NCBI GenBank assembly: GCA_034530875.2 | Contig: JAVRCJ020000036.1 | Location: forward strand, 13,793-67,929 | DNA: 54,137 nucleotides | Reading direction: 5' to 3' | From: Nostoc sp. DedSLP01 | GTDB taxonomy: Bacteria; Cyanobacteriota; Cyanobacteriia; Cyanobacteriales; Nostocaceae | Shown here: positions 9,201 to 18,506 of the stretch, piece after piece | How positions within the stretch are numbered: the first letter of the stretch is position 1 | Layout of the letters: each line of letters starts with the position of its first letter | Position numbers and translations under genes: made by a program | Notes under the pieces: generated by a model | What the model saw: the letters and a program-made list of their open reading frames with translations, nothing else | Database searches by the model: none | What the model was told of the DNA's origin: nothing

Positions 9201-9842
9201 CCAAATAGCTCCAGAAATTATTGCTTGATTAATAATATTAAATTTGTCGTTGGCAATATTGCTAGTTCCCTCATTCAAAGGCCAATATCCTACCAATCCG
9301 GCTTCTTTACCTTCTAAACGGCGGTGTAAGTCTTGTTGCAGTTCTTGTACCGAACGCACGCGATTCCACAGACGTACTTCTGCCATTCGTCCGTCAAAAT
9401 AACCATCTTGTGTCCAGTTACTCCTACCGATGTAATTAAGACTCCGGTTAAGGTTTCCAGGAAGTTGAATTTTTCCAGATTGAATTTCTACACCGTTTTT
9501 GTAGAGTTTAGCATTACCAAAGCTATCAACTGTTGCTGCTAAGTGCATCCACTTCCCAGTTTCGAGGACGTTGTTAGCTCTAATTCTTTCTACTGTAATT
9601 TTTTTTATCTGTAAGATAAGTGTATTAGTGTTAGCCTCATTCGCAAATACGATGTTGTCTTTGTCTACACCATTACCAAAGTCAACGATACGCGACCAAA
9701 ACTTAAAGCTATTGTAATAAACCCATACTTCTATAGTGAAACCCTGTGAATAATCTACATTCATTTTAGACAAAACAATATGGTCGTTTTGTCCGTTAAA
9801 TTTAAGAAAGTAGGGTAAGTAATTTATTTGTTGATTTGGCAT
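6228..9842 (-). CDS. Large protein: two LamG/concanavalin-like domains, long repetitive coiled coil, C-terminal FG-GAP beta-propeller
   Basis: LKFNGQNDHI...WMHLAAT...MAEVRLWN...GLVGYWPLNEG occurs twice; ELEQKNTEQDKQLS-type repeats; repeated FG-x-x-VA..AIIGA..GAAYIF..WQQKQKL. Start ATG 9842 or 9866. Confidence 0.9.
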   Translation of the reverse strand: MPNQQINYLPYFLKFNGQNDHIVLSKMNVDYSQGFTIEVWVYYNSFKFWSRIVDFGNGVDKDNIVFANEANTNTLILQIKKITVERIRANNVLETGKWMHLAATVDSFGNAKLYKNGVEIQSGKIQLPGNLNRSLNYIGRSNWTQDGYFDGRMAEVRLWNRVRSVQELQQDLHRRLEGKEAGLVGYWPLNEGTSNIANDKFNIINQAIISGAIWEQQQTSIQADTNKNLPAYFLFFDGIDDLVDIGKKPEFKIEKTLTVEAWVYPEQQKQWAGIFGNIFDTGFTESGYGLCLDGASGVNFACTPEKRGIQYLSSGSQTLTLFQWQHITGTYNGEEMKVYVNGVLKATKAISANKINYNPENNLRIGVYQDDNEAYNFKGKIAEVRLWNCIRSEAEINYCMYTRLRGNEPGLVGYWPLNECSTTTVKDVTSRSNNGKITGAIWDCQLFFINEILAQPKAFALEHENVELDKKVVELEQKNTEQDKQLSELHQKNAELDKKVAESKPKNTEQEKRLSELKQKNAELDKKVIQSEHKNTEQVKQLSELHQKNAELDKKVIQSEHKNAEQDKELLQLKQKNIDRVQQILELKQKKAQQDIQIDELYNKVVEYEQKNIEQVKKLSEIEQRNAELYNKVVEYEQKNAQQNIQLSELKQNNVDQAQQIAQLEQKNAQQNIQLAELDKKVAESQQKNIEQVKQLSKLKQKNAQLDKKLVESKYKNTELDKQLSELKEKNFDQAQKIAELEQKNAQQNIQLTELDKKLAASEQNNVERDKKLLELKQNNSELEHKNTQFVEKQSELSPKIIVIDSKTVIPQYEWQQLQKLQPADLKSESYFGEETALSGEWAIAGARKADRADIQDAGIAYIFQLQNKMWLQKQQLQPDDTRVGDEFGSAVAMSQQWAIIGARKADYGIIKDVGAAYIYQLADGIWQQKQKLQPSDLKVNSSFGKGIAINGNWAIIGASHAKSTTIQDAGAAYVFYLENDVWQQKQKLQPQDLGVNQCFGNVIAMTAEWAIIGGGDRYTSASIKRPGGAYIYHLENGVWQQKQKLNSPQPGINDLFGYSVAISGEYAFVGAVNTPLTNILGTGSVYIYKLIEGVWQPQQILQPSQPKYCAFFGATVAIANDIAVIGSTRADSSKLKATGDAHIFKLEKGVWQLKEKLQPTDLHYESYFGFSTPTDREWIFTTAAWANTSTAKRVGAVYVFASR
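7500..8460 (-). repeat. Degenerate 42/84-bp coding repeats (14/28-aa coiled-coil units)
   Basis: GATTGAATAACTTTCTTATCGAGTTCAGCATTTTT recurs 84 bp apart (~8167, ~8251); ELHQKNAELDKKV repeats in the protein. Confidence 0.85.
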
Positions 9843-10128
9843 GGTGTAGTTAACTCCTATTTGCATTAGAACTAGTGCAAAACTCTAAACGAATACTTAA
9901 TCAACATAAGAAATATTTTATAAATATTAGCAACCTAGCGATTTCAGCTATTACAGTTTGAATTTGAATATTTGACAATAACAAAATAGCGAGAGTTTAA
10001 AGGTGTGGCCAAAGATAAAAATTCTGCAACCATTTCAAGATATTTACTTGGTTACATATACACTAACTAACATAAATAATATTTCTTTTCAAAAAGAATA
10101 ATAAATTAGTTAATTTTAACTGATTTAT

Positions 10129-10260
10129 TAAGTAGATAGGCACGATAAAACTAGACTACATCAATAAATATAAAGTAGGCTCAAACCTTGTTTGCACTTA
10201 CTTTTCGCTTATTGCCACTTCTTTTATTTTAAGTACAAATTTTAGCGCCAACCTACTTAA
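10129..10260. repeat. MITE-like element with TAAGTAG...CTACTTA ends
   Basis: Ends taagtagataggc / gccaacctacttaa; related ends at ~10484, ~16165, 18271-18395, 35503-35632 and 37417-37507. Confidence 0.55.
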
Positions 10261-10280
10261 AGTCCTTAAACATTTTGACC

Positions 10281-10330
10281 AAAAGTAAGAAAAGTATGGA
10301 AAGTAAGAAAAGTAATAAAAGTAGAAAAAT
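10281..10330 (+). repeat. 9-bp tandem repeat (AAAAGTAAG)x~5 in the divergent intergenic region
   Basis: aaaagtaag aaaagtatg gaaagtaag aaaagtaat aaaagtaga. Confidence 0.75.
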
Positions 10331-10694
10331 GAGATTATTAAAATTAGGATATTTAATATTACGTAGCTTGGCATGATACAATCAAACTATCTCAAGCTCA
10401 ATTAGGCTAAAACCCTGTTCTATCTTGCTTTTCGGTCTTGCGAGTTTGTTTATTTGAACTAGAAATTTTGACATCAGCCTACTTATATCTTCTTGAAAAA
10501 CTCCAGTTTTCAAGATGCACGAGGTTTAATATATTTCTCAAGATGGATAAGGTTTAGTATATTTTTATAATAGAAATATGATATGGTTTTTATGTTGATA
10601 TAATTTAAGCTATAGATATTTTGTGTTCTCTGTTATGTAAATAATTGCTGATAGAGAAAAATACTTTGTATATCACTAAAGAGTTAAACCTATC

Positions 10695-11090
10695 GTGGCT
10701 TCTACACCAATATCATCTAGTTCTAAGACCAACTCGAGTCGAACAATCAACACTTCTACCCAAGGTTCGACTTTGGCGGATATTCTGGAACGAATTTTAG
10801 ATAAGGGAATTGTAATTGCAGGTGATATTTCTGTTTCTATCGCCTCTACCGAACTTTTACATATCCGAATTCGGTTATTGATTTCTTCTGTAGATAAAGC
10901 ACGAGAAATGGGAATAAATTGGTGGGAAGGCGATCCTTACCTGAGTAGTAAAGCCCAGACTTTAATTGAGGAAAATCGACAACTCCAGGATAGACTACAA
11001 AGTATAGAAGCAGAAATGCGATCGCTTAAAGCTTTAGCTACTAGTCAAGTGGATTTTGGGATAAGGGAAGGGGAAGGGGAAGGTTTTTAA
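10695..11090 (+). CDS. gvpJ: Gas vesicle protein GvpJ (GvpA/J/M family)
   Basis: STLADILERILDKGIVIAGDISVSIASTELLHIRIRLLISSVDKAREMGINWWEGDPYLSS. Confidence 0.9.
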   Translation: MASTPISSSSKTNSSRTINTSTQGSTLADILERILDKGIVIAGDISVSIASTELLHIRIRLLISSVDKAREMGINWWEGDPYLSSKAQTLIEENRQLQDRLQSIEAEMRSLKALATSQVDFGIREGEGEGF

Positions 11091-11185
11091 ATAAGATTTT
11101 TGTACTTTGATTTTAGGAAAATTAGTTAAATATTTTGAGAAAAGGCTACAAGCGTTTTTAATTTAGAAATAAAATCAGTAAAATT

Positions 11186-11659
11186 ATGACGTTAGTTGGT
11201 AAGTCTTCAGAAAGTTCGGCTGAAAAAATTCTTAATGTTCAGAAACTGAACAGTAAAGCAGGTTTAGCTTCTTTATTGTTAACAGTGTTGGAAGTTATTC
11301 GCCAGTTAATGGAAGCACAAGTTATTCGTCGTATGGATGAACAACTCCTCAGCGATTCGCAGCTAGACGAAGCAGCAGAAAGTTTGCAAAAACTAGAAGA
11401 ACAAGTATTGCACTTGTGCCAAATTTTTGAAATAAAACCAGAAGATTTAAATATAGATTTGGGAGAACTTGGTACTCTTTTACCTGCACCCGGAACCTAC
11501 TATCCAGGGGAACCTAGTCAAAATCCTTCTATCTTGGAACTGCTAGACAGGCTTTTAAATATTGGCATAGTGTTACATGGTGATATTGATTTAGGTTTGG
11601 GTAATTTAAATTTAATTCACGCCAAGCTACGCTTAGTTCTGACATCAAAACTAATTTAG
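11186..11659 (+). CDS. gvpK: Gas vesicle protein GvpK
   Basis: GLASLLLTVLEVIRQLMEAQVIRRM...LNIDLGELGTLLP...ELLDRLLNIGIV. Confidence 0.92.
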   Translation: MTLVGKSSESSAEKILNVQKLNSKAGLASLLLTVLEVIRQLMEAQVIRRMDEQLLSDSQLDEAAESLQKLEEQVLHLCQIFEIKPEDLNIDLGELGTLLPAPGTYYPGEPSQNPSILELLDRLLNIGIVLHGDIDLGLGNLNLIHAKLRLVLTSKLI

Positions 11660-11697
11660 TTTTTTGTAAAACTTTAGAAAAAAGTTAGTAAATATTT

Positions 11698-12432
11698 ATG
11701 AGTTTAGGCATTTACCTATACGGAATTTTTCCCGAAGCTGTTTCTGAAAATGTTATATTAGAAGGATTAGATAAACAACGAGTTAAAAACTATTCTCTTG
11801 ATGGCTTTAACTTTTTGTATTCAGAAGCTAAACAACAAAAATATCTTGCTTCTAGACGTAATTTATTGTGTCATGAAAAAGTTTTAGAAGAAGCAATGAG
11901 TCAAGGGTTTTGTACCCATTTACCTCTACGTTTTGGCTTAGTTGTGAAAAGCTGGGACACAGTTAGCGAACAATTGCTTGTTCCATATAAAGAACAATTA
12001 GAAGCATTATTTCAAAAACTGGATGGACGCCGGGAAGTTAGCGTCAAAGTGCTATGGAATAGTCAGGAAGAAATCCAAGCATTGCTAGAGACAAATCCAG
12101 AATTGCGAGAAAAGCGCGATGCAATGGAAGGTAAAAATTTAAAAATGGAAGAAGTCATAGATATTGGTCAAATGATTGAAAAGGGTTTGCAAGTTCGTAA
12201 GAAAGCTATTATCCAAACTTTTCAAGATGAATTAAACGGTTTGGCAGAAGAAGTATTAGAAAATGTTCCGATGACAGAAGAGATGATTTATAATACAGCT
12301 TATTTAATTCCTTGGGATAGTGAATCTCTCTTTAGTGAAAAAGTAGAATCTATCGATCAAAAATTTAGCGCTCGCCTGCGAATTCGCTATAACAATTTTA
12401 CTGCTCCTTACACATTTGCCCAGCTTTATTAA
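11698..12432 (+). CDS. gvpF: Gas vesicle protein GvpF (GvpL/F family)
   Basis: GIYLYGIFP, YLASRRNLLCHEKVLEE, LPLRFG, IRYNNFTAPYTF. Confidence 0.92.
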   Translation: MSLGIYLYGIFPEAVSENVILEGLDKQRVKNYSLDGFNFLYSEAKQQKYLASRRNLLCHEKVLEEAMSQGFCTHLPLRFGLVVKSWDTVSEQLLVPYKEQLEALFQKLDGRREVSVKVLWNSQEEIQALLETNPELREKRDAMEGKNLKMEEVIDIGQMIEKGLQVRKKAIIQTFQDELNGLAEEVLENVPMTEEMIYNTAYLIPWDSESLFSEKVESIDQKFSARLRIRYNNFTAPYTFAQLY

Positions 12433-12446
12433 AGGAAATTAACCTG

Positions 12447-12692
12447 ATGTTGATGAAAATATTATTATTTCCAGTAATTGGCCCACTTGAAGGTATAACC
12501 TGGATAGGTGAACAACTCTTAGAACGTGCTAGTGGTGAGGTAGATGAAAATGAAAATTTGCACAAACGCTTGTTAGCTTTACAACTGGCTTTTGATATTG
12601 GCGAAATATCTGAAGAAGAGTTTGAAATTCAAGAAGAGGAACTTTTACTGCAAATTCAAGCAATGGAAGAAGAAGTAGAAGAAGTTGATTAA
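12447..12692 (+). CDS. gvpG: Gas vesicle protein GvpG
   Basis: LLFPVIGPLEGITWIGEQ...LLALQLAFDIGEISEEEFEIQEEELL. Confidence 0.92.
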   Translation: MLMKILLFPVIGPLEGITWIGEQLLERASGEVDENENLHKRLLALQLAFDIGEISEEEFEIQEEELLLQIQAMEEEVEEVD

Positions 12693-12724
12693 ATTTTCAA
12701 CTTCTTCTACATGATAATTTGTGA

Positions 12725-13081
12725 CTAAATATCTAAGTAAAAAGTCTCAAAATTATTGGAATCGGAAGCCTTGTGAGAACTATGAGAGCGAGTTTCGCTT
12801 GTATTATCGGTTGGAGTAACGCGCATAGTCTGAGTCGGGACGGAAGGTGATTGGCGCAAGTTTTGAATTGATAGTTCAGTTTGTTGTATTTGAGTATCTA
12901 AATCACTGAGATGCTGTTTCAATTGTTCCAAACGCTCAGTCATAAATTTCAGTTCTTGCTGGATACGCTGCCGGTCTGAGACCATCTTGTATAGCTTTAA
13001 TTGCTCAGATGTTTCAGATTTTATACGAGGCATTGTGCTGATTTTAGGTCTCTTGAGTCCCCGATTACCAATGTGCTTCAT
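12725..13081 (-). CDS. gvpV: Gas vesicle protein GvpV
   Basis: RPKISTMPR...QLKLYKMVSDRQRIQQEL; lies antisense between gvpG and gvpW as in Nostocales gvp clusters. Confidence 0.8.
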   Translation of the reverse strand: MKHIGNRGLKRPKISTMPRIKSETSEQLKLYKMVSDRQRIQQELKFMTERLEQLKQHLSDLDTQIQQTELSIQNLRQSPSVPTQTMRVTPTDNTSETRSHSSHKASDSNNFETFYLDI

Positions 13082-13213
13082 TATCTACTTTTAAAGGAAT
13101 TAGTTTTATTGTAAGTTGTCATTCACTCATTATTAATATAGAGAAAAATTTTTATTTATATTAATTTGTAATATAATTTAAACCCTCAAATTATTTAACT
13201 TTAAATATTAAGT

Positions 13214-13894
13214 GTGGAATTATATAATCTTTACGTTTATGCTTTTATAAAAACACCACTTGTTGACCTAAATTTACCTGTAGGCATCAGCAATATTGTA
13301 GTCCTAATTAGCAAATCTGGTGTTTCTGCTCTGGTAGAACCAGCCATTTCCTTAGAATCGTTGCAAAATAACGATGAAAGCTTAATTAACGCAGTTTTGT
13401 CTCACAATCGCATAATTTATGAAATATTTCGCCACACTACAGTTTTACCCTTGCGGTTTGGTACTTCATTTGCTTCACAAGAGAGCTTATTAAATCATTT
13501 AGAAACTCATGCTGAAGAATATCTAGAAAAGTTATGCCAAATCAAGGGTAAAAATCAATATATTTTAAAATTTATTCCTCGTACTTTAGATGAAATTAAT
13601 ACACCAGCAGTATCCGGGGGAAAAGAGTATTTATTAGCCAAAAAGCAACGCTACCAAGCACAGCAAGATTTTTACACTGCTCAAATAACAGAATGGGAAA
13701 ATGTAGCTCAGACAATTACTCAAATCCATGAATCTAAAATTGTTCAGAAAGAAGGTAAAGAAACACGAATTTATCTTTTAGTGAGTAGTCAAAATGAATC
13801 TTTACTAACAGCACAACTTTTGGCTTGGCAAGAAGTCTGTCCTCGTTGGGAGTTACAGTTAGGAGAAGCACTACCTCCTTATGACTTTATTTAA
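13214..13894 (+). CDS. gvpW: Gas vesicle protein GvpW (GvpL/F family)
   Basis: LYVYAF, AVLSHNRII, TVLPLRFGT, GGKEYLLAKKQRY, LGEALPPYDF. Confidence 0.85.
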   Translation: MELYNLYVYAFIKTPLVDLNLPVGISNIVVLISKSGVSALVEPAISLESLQNNDESLINAVLSHNRIIYEIFRHTTVLPLRFGTSFASQESLLNHLETHAEEYLEKLCQIKGKNQYILKFIPRTLDEINTPAVSGGKEYLLAKKQRYQAQQDFYTAQITEWENVAQTITQIHESKIVQKEGKETRIYLLVSSQNESLLTAQLLAWQEVCPRWELQLGEALPPYDFI

Positions 13895-13976
13895 CTATTG
13901 AATATGACCAATAGTGTCTGATATCACTTTTTTGAAATTAGAATTTTGGCTGAGTCTAGAATTGGAAAAATAAATT

Positions 13977-15899
13977 ATGATTCTTGAAAAGACACACATG
14001 AACTCAAATCTCAAAATTATTGATAGTATTCATCAATATGACTCACTGTACTTAACTATGTTTAGTGGTAAAGGTGGAGTCGGAAAAACGACACTTGCCT
14101 GTGCTTTTGCTCGACGTTGGGCTAGATTATTTCCTAATCAAAACATACTTTTAATATCCACAGATCCAGCCCACTCTTTAGGCGATGTGCTGCAAATAGA
14201 AGTAGTAGAACAAGCTTCGCCTTTACCCGATTTACCTAATTTAAGCGTTCAAGCCTTGGATGCTAAACAATTACTATTAGAATTTAAAGCAAAATACGGT
14301 AATTATTTAGAACTGCTAGTTGAACGCGGAAGCTTTGTTGAAGGAGAAGATTTAACGCCTGTTTGGGATTTAGACTGGCCTGGTATAGATGAAGTCATGG
14401 GTTTGCTAGAAATTCAAAGGTTGCTAGCAGAAAAAGCGGTAGATCGCATAGTAGTAGACATGGCTCCTTCTGGGCATACTTTAAATTTGTTAGGTATTAA
14501 AGATTTTTTAGATGTAGTATTAAACTCTTTAGAATTATTTCAAGAAAAACATCGAGCGATCGCAAAAAGTTTTAGCGGACGTTATATACCGGATGAAGTT
14601 GATGACTTCTTGGCTAAATTGAAATCAGAATTAGCAGAAGGCAAACGGTTATTGCAGGATGTGGATTTTACTGCTTGCTTAGTAGTTGCGATCGCAGAAC
14701 CAATGAGCCTGTTAGAAACCAAAAGGTTTTTAGATAATTTGCAGGAGCTAGAAATAACCTGTGGTGGTTTAATAATTAACAAAATATTGACAGGAAAAAA
14801 TCAAGATTTAGACCGTTACAGCGAACAACAAAACTTATTGAATAATTTTCTAGATATTTCAGCAAACCAATCTCTCTTTATCGTACCACAACAGACAACA
14901 GAACCTTTAGGAAGCCTAGCTTTAGATAATTTAATTAGCCAAATTCAAAAAATTGATACCGTCGCCATTGTCCCTTCACCTACTATACAATGGCCTGCTA
15001 AAACATCTCCTAATTTCACCGATTTTATAAACGAAGGCAAACAACTAATTATCATTGGTGGTAAAGGCGGAGTAGGAAAAACTACAGTAGCAGCAGCCAT
15101 AGGATGGTCATTAGCCAGCTATTATCCCGACAAAAATATTCGCTTGATTTCTATCGACCCCGCTCATTCTTTAGGAGATGCTTTTGGTAAGAAATTGGGA
15201 CACGAACCTACTCAATTAACTCCTAATTTAAGCGGTCAAGAAATCGATGCCAAAACCATTTTAGAACAGTTTCGTAAAGATTATCTTTGGGAATTAGCCC
15301 AAATGATGAGTGGTGAGGGAAGCGAACCAGGAGCAATCAAAATTGCTTATACTCCCGAAGCTTGGCGGCAAATTGTAGCTCAAGCTTTACCTGGTATTGA
15401 TGAAATGCTATCTCTGATTACCATCATGGATTTATTAGACAGTAAACAGCAAGATTTAATTATTTTAGATACGGCCCCTACAGGTCATCTTCTCCGATTT
15501 TTAGAAATGCCTTCTGCACTAGCAGAATGGTTAGCATGGATATTTAAATTATGGATGAAATATCAAAGTGTTTTAGGACGTATAGATTTTATGGGAAGGT
15601 TACGAAAATTGCGCCAACAAGTCATGCAAGCCCAGAAAAAATTACAAGACCCAAATCATACAGAATTCATTGGTGTGATTCAAGCAGAAGCAGCAATTCT
15701 GGCCGAACAAATGCGGCTAACTGAATCTTTAGCAAAAATGCACGTTTCTCAGCGTTATATTGTGCATAATCGCTACAGTCAAGAGATAGAACTTGATGAC
15801 AGTCTATTTGTCAATCAAACTATTATTCGCTTACCAATTTTACCCCGTTCCGTAGAATCGCAAGACCGGATTATCGGAGCAGCAAGATTATTATTTTAA
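13977..15899 (+). CDS. ArsA/Get3-family ATPase with two tandem ATPase domains
   Basis: FSGKGGVGKTT and GGKGGVGKTT, STDPAHSL/SIDPAHSL, DMAPSGH/DTAPTGH. Confidence 0.9.
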   Translation: MILEKTHMNSNLKIIDSIHQYDSLYLTMFSGKGGVGKTTLACAFARRWARLFPNQNILLISTDPAHSLGDVLQIEVVEQASPLPDLPNLSVQALDAKQLLLEFKAKYGNYLELLVERGSFVEGEDLTPVWDLDWPGIDEVMGLLEIQRLLAEKAVDRIVVDMAPSGHTLNLLGIKDFLDVVLNSLELFQEKHRAIAKSFSGRYIPDEVDDFLAKLKSELAEGKRLLQDVDFTACLVVAIAEPMSLLETKRFLDNLQELEITCGGLIINKILTGKNQDLDRYSEQQNLLNNFLDISANQSLFIVPQQTTEPLGSLALDNLISQIQKIDTVAIVPSPTIQWPAKTSPNFTDFINEGKQLIIIGGKGGVGKTTVAAAIGWSLASYYPDKNIRLISIDPAHSLGDAFGKKLGHEPTQLTPNLSGQEIDAKTILEQFRKDYLWELAQMMSGEGSEPGAIKIAYTPEAWRQIVAQALPGIDEMLSLITIMDLLDSKQQDLIILDTAPTGHLLRFLEMPSALAEWLAWIFKLWMKYQSVLGRIDFMGRLRKLRQQVMQAQKKLQDPNHTEFIGVIQAEAAILAEQMRLTESLAKMHVSQRYIVHNRYSQEIELDDSLFVNQTIIRLPILPRSVESQDRIIGAARLLF

Positions 15900-16360
15900 T
15901 GTAATCGTCACTCTAATCTAAATCAATGGTTTACAGCACTTTACAACTAAATAGATTTCTTGCAAAAGCCCTTCTTTGCGTTTTCTTCTCTGCCTCTCTG
16001 CGCCTCTGCGTGAGATAAAAAATTATGCAAGAATTCTTTTTTGGCGCGATTTTTCCGGCATCATACCCTTATCTGAGCGCCCATAAAATTCGTTACTTAA
16101 GTTGATGTCTTTTCAGTATTTATTTATCTCTACATAGTTTAGTTTATTCATACCCACCTACTTACATACTTCTGACGTAAGAGTAAGTCAGAGTACGATC
16201 TGGAATAAATCAACTCTGCGGAGGAAGAGATATTGGGGGATAAATCGGTATATTTCAGCAGAACTCCCTCAATAAACCAGAAAACTTCTCAATCCTTTGC
16301 CAGACGATCGCAACGCTTTGGTGAAAAAGAGCATGACTGCCAAAAAAAGGGAGGAATTTA

Positions 16361-18205
16361 ATGAGCGATTTATTCAAAGGTTTTGAGCAGTTACTAGAAC
16401 TAGCAAAAGCCTTGGAAGAAAAAATTGAAACTGGAGAAATCAAGGCAGATATGCAGTTTCGGACTCGTCCTCTTAGCAGTATACCTCGTACAACTGGCGT
16501 AAATCGTCCTGGTTTTGTCAACGTCCACGTCAGCAATACTAACTCTCGGACTCCACAACCGCCCAGCGATACATCTGCCCAAACGAATTACACATCCCCA
16601 AACCCAGTTACACCAGACTCCTCAGCAACCGCCTCCTTACAAGATATCGGTGGACTAAGGGAAGTTCTCAAAGAACTCAGAGAATTGATTGCTATCCCCT
16701 TAAAACGTCCTGACCTACTGGCAAAACTCGGATTAGAACCGACGCGCGGAGTTTTATTAGTAGGGCCTCCCGGAACTGGTAAAACCCTTACAGCTCGCGT
16801 CCTTGCAAAAGAATTGCAAGTTAACTATATTGCCATAGTCGGGCCAGAAGTTATTGGTAAATACTACGGCGAAGCAGAACAAAGACTGCGGGGAATTTTT
16901 GAAAAAGCTGCTAAAAGTGCGCCTTGTATAGTTTTTATCGATGAAATTGATAGCCTCGCCCCAGACCGCAGCAAAGTAGAAGGGGAAGTAGAAAAACGAC
17001 TAGTGGCGCAACTTCTGGGCTTGATGGATGGTTTTTCCCAAACTAAAGGGGTAATTGTCCTGGCTGCTACCAATCGTCCGGAACATCTCGACCCGGCTTT
17101 ACGTCGCCCTGGAAGATTTGACCGAGAAGTGCTGTTTCGCGTCCCAGACCGCCAAGGCCGTTTGGAGATACTAGAAATTCTGACTCGTGCCATGCCGAAA
17201 GAACCGACAGTAAATTTAGCAGAAATTGCTGATTTAGCTGTGGGATTTGTGGGTGCAGACTTGAAAGCTATCTGTCAAAAAGCTGCTTATAGCGCCTTAC
17301 GCCGTCAAGTCCCCTCAATAGAAGGGCCGATTCCCGACCAGATGACAGTGCAACACTCAGATTTTTTGCAGGCATTCAAAGAAATTAAACCTGCTGTATT
17401 ACGTTCGGTAGAAGTGGAATCTCCTAATGTAACTTGGGAAGAAATTGGTGGACTGGAGGAAATTAAACAAACCCTGCGCGAAGCCGTAGAAGGCGCATTA
17501 TTACATCCAGAACTATACCTGAGAACCAAAGCGCGATCGCCAAAAGGAATTTTATTGTGGGGGCCGCCCGGAACTGGCAAAACTATGCTAGCCAAAGCCG
17601 TTGCTTCCCAAGGTAGAGCGAATTTTATCTGTGTCAACGGCCCGGAATTACTCAGTAAGTGGGTGGGTGCTAGCGAACAAGCGGTGCGGGAATTATTTGC
17701 CAAAGCCAGACTTGCATCACCTTGCGTGATATTTCTCGATGAAATAGATACATTAGCACCTGCAAGAGGGCGTTATCATGGCGATTCTGGAGTAAGCGAT
17801 CGCGTTGTCGGACAATTGCTCACAGAATTAGACGGGTTGCCCACAGGTGCTACTATCTTGGTGATTGCCGCTACCAATCGTCCTGATGCCTTAGACCCAG
17901 CTTTATTAAGGGCTGGAAGATTAGATTTACAGATATTAGTAGATTTACCTAATTTAGAAAGCCGGTGGGCAATTTTGCAAGTTTACAATCAAGACCGTCC
18001 CTTAGAAGATGTGAACTTAGCTTACTGGGCAACACTAACCGAGGGTTGGAACGGCGCCGATTTAGCATTGCTTGGCGATCGGGCTGCGGTGGAAGCGATT
18101 CGTCGCTACCATTCCCAAGGAATGACCGATCCAGCGGCAATCAAAATTACAGACGAAGATTTTAACTATGCCCATCAAATTTTAATGCAACAGCGATCGC
18201 TCTAG
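16361..18205 (+). CDS. Cdc48/VCP-like double AAA+ ATPase (copy 1)
   Basis: D1 GPPGTGKT/FIDEID/RRPGRFD; D2 GPPGTGKT/FLDEID/RAGRLD; RBS GGGAGG upstream. Confidence 0.93.
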   Translation: MSDLFKGFEQLLELAKALEEKIETGEIKADMQFRTRPLSSIPRTTGVNRPGFVNVHVSNTNSRTPQPPSDTSAQTNYTSPNPVTPDSSATASLQDIGGLREVLKELRELIAIPLKRPDLLAKLGLEPTRGVLLVGPPGTGKTLTARVLAKELQVNYIAIVGPEVIGKYYGEAEQRLRGIFEKAAKSAPCIVFIDEIDSLAPDRSKVEGEVEKRLVAQLLGLMDGFSQTKGVIVLAATNRPEHLDPALRRPGRFDREVLFRVPDRQGRLEILEILTRAMPKEPTVNLAEIADLAVGFVGADLKAICQKAAYSALRRQVPSIEGPIPDQMTVQHSDFLQAFKEIKPAVLRSVEVESPNVTWEEIGGLEEIKQTLREAVEGALLHPELYLRTKARSPKGILLWGPPGTGKTMLAKAVASQGRANFICVNGPELLSKWVGASEQAVRELFAKARLASPCVIFLDEIDTLAPARGRYHGDSGVSDRVVGQLLTELDGLPTGATILVIAATNRPDALDPALLRAGRLDLQILVDLPNLESRWAILQVYNQDRPLEDVNLAYWATLTEGWNGADLALLGDRAAVEAIRRYHSQGMTDPAAIKITDEDFNYAHQILMQQRSL

Positions 18206-18270
18206 AAGCTTGACTAAATAAGCAAAAACTTCCCTAAACTTAATTCATGTTTCATGACGATCGGTAACTA

Positions 18271-18395
18271 AAATGGCGCAAAAAAACCGAAGTATATAAC
18301 GGAAAGTAAAGTTGCTCAAAAAGCTATTGAATTCTGGCTTATGTCCTCTAAATCCTACTTTTTTATAACGACAATTTTCAGCACTGACCTACTTA
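18271..18395. repeat. Dispersed MITE-like repeat, copy related to 35503-35632
   Basis: Shared AATGGCG.AAAAAA..AAGTAT.TAACG.AAAGTAAAGTTGC.CAAAAAGCT and ATAACGACAATTTTCA...GACCTA.TTA. Confidence 0.75.
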
Positions 18396-18506
18396 AGCTG
18401 TGCCAAACTTGCAAAATCATGGGGTCAAGATAAGTTATTTTTTATCTTGATTAATGCGTGAAGCAAGTATATACTTATTTCAGGGAAAGAGAGCTTGTTT
18501 TTAGTT

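Noticed and set aside
10695..11090. gvpA
   Set aside because: 131 aa with the GINWWE.DPYLSS motif and a coiled tail is GvpJ; GvpA is ~71 aa and no such ORF was found in 9866-10695.
13977..15899. Arsenic-resistance operon
   Set aside because: No arsB/acr3, arsC, arsD or arsR adjacent.
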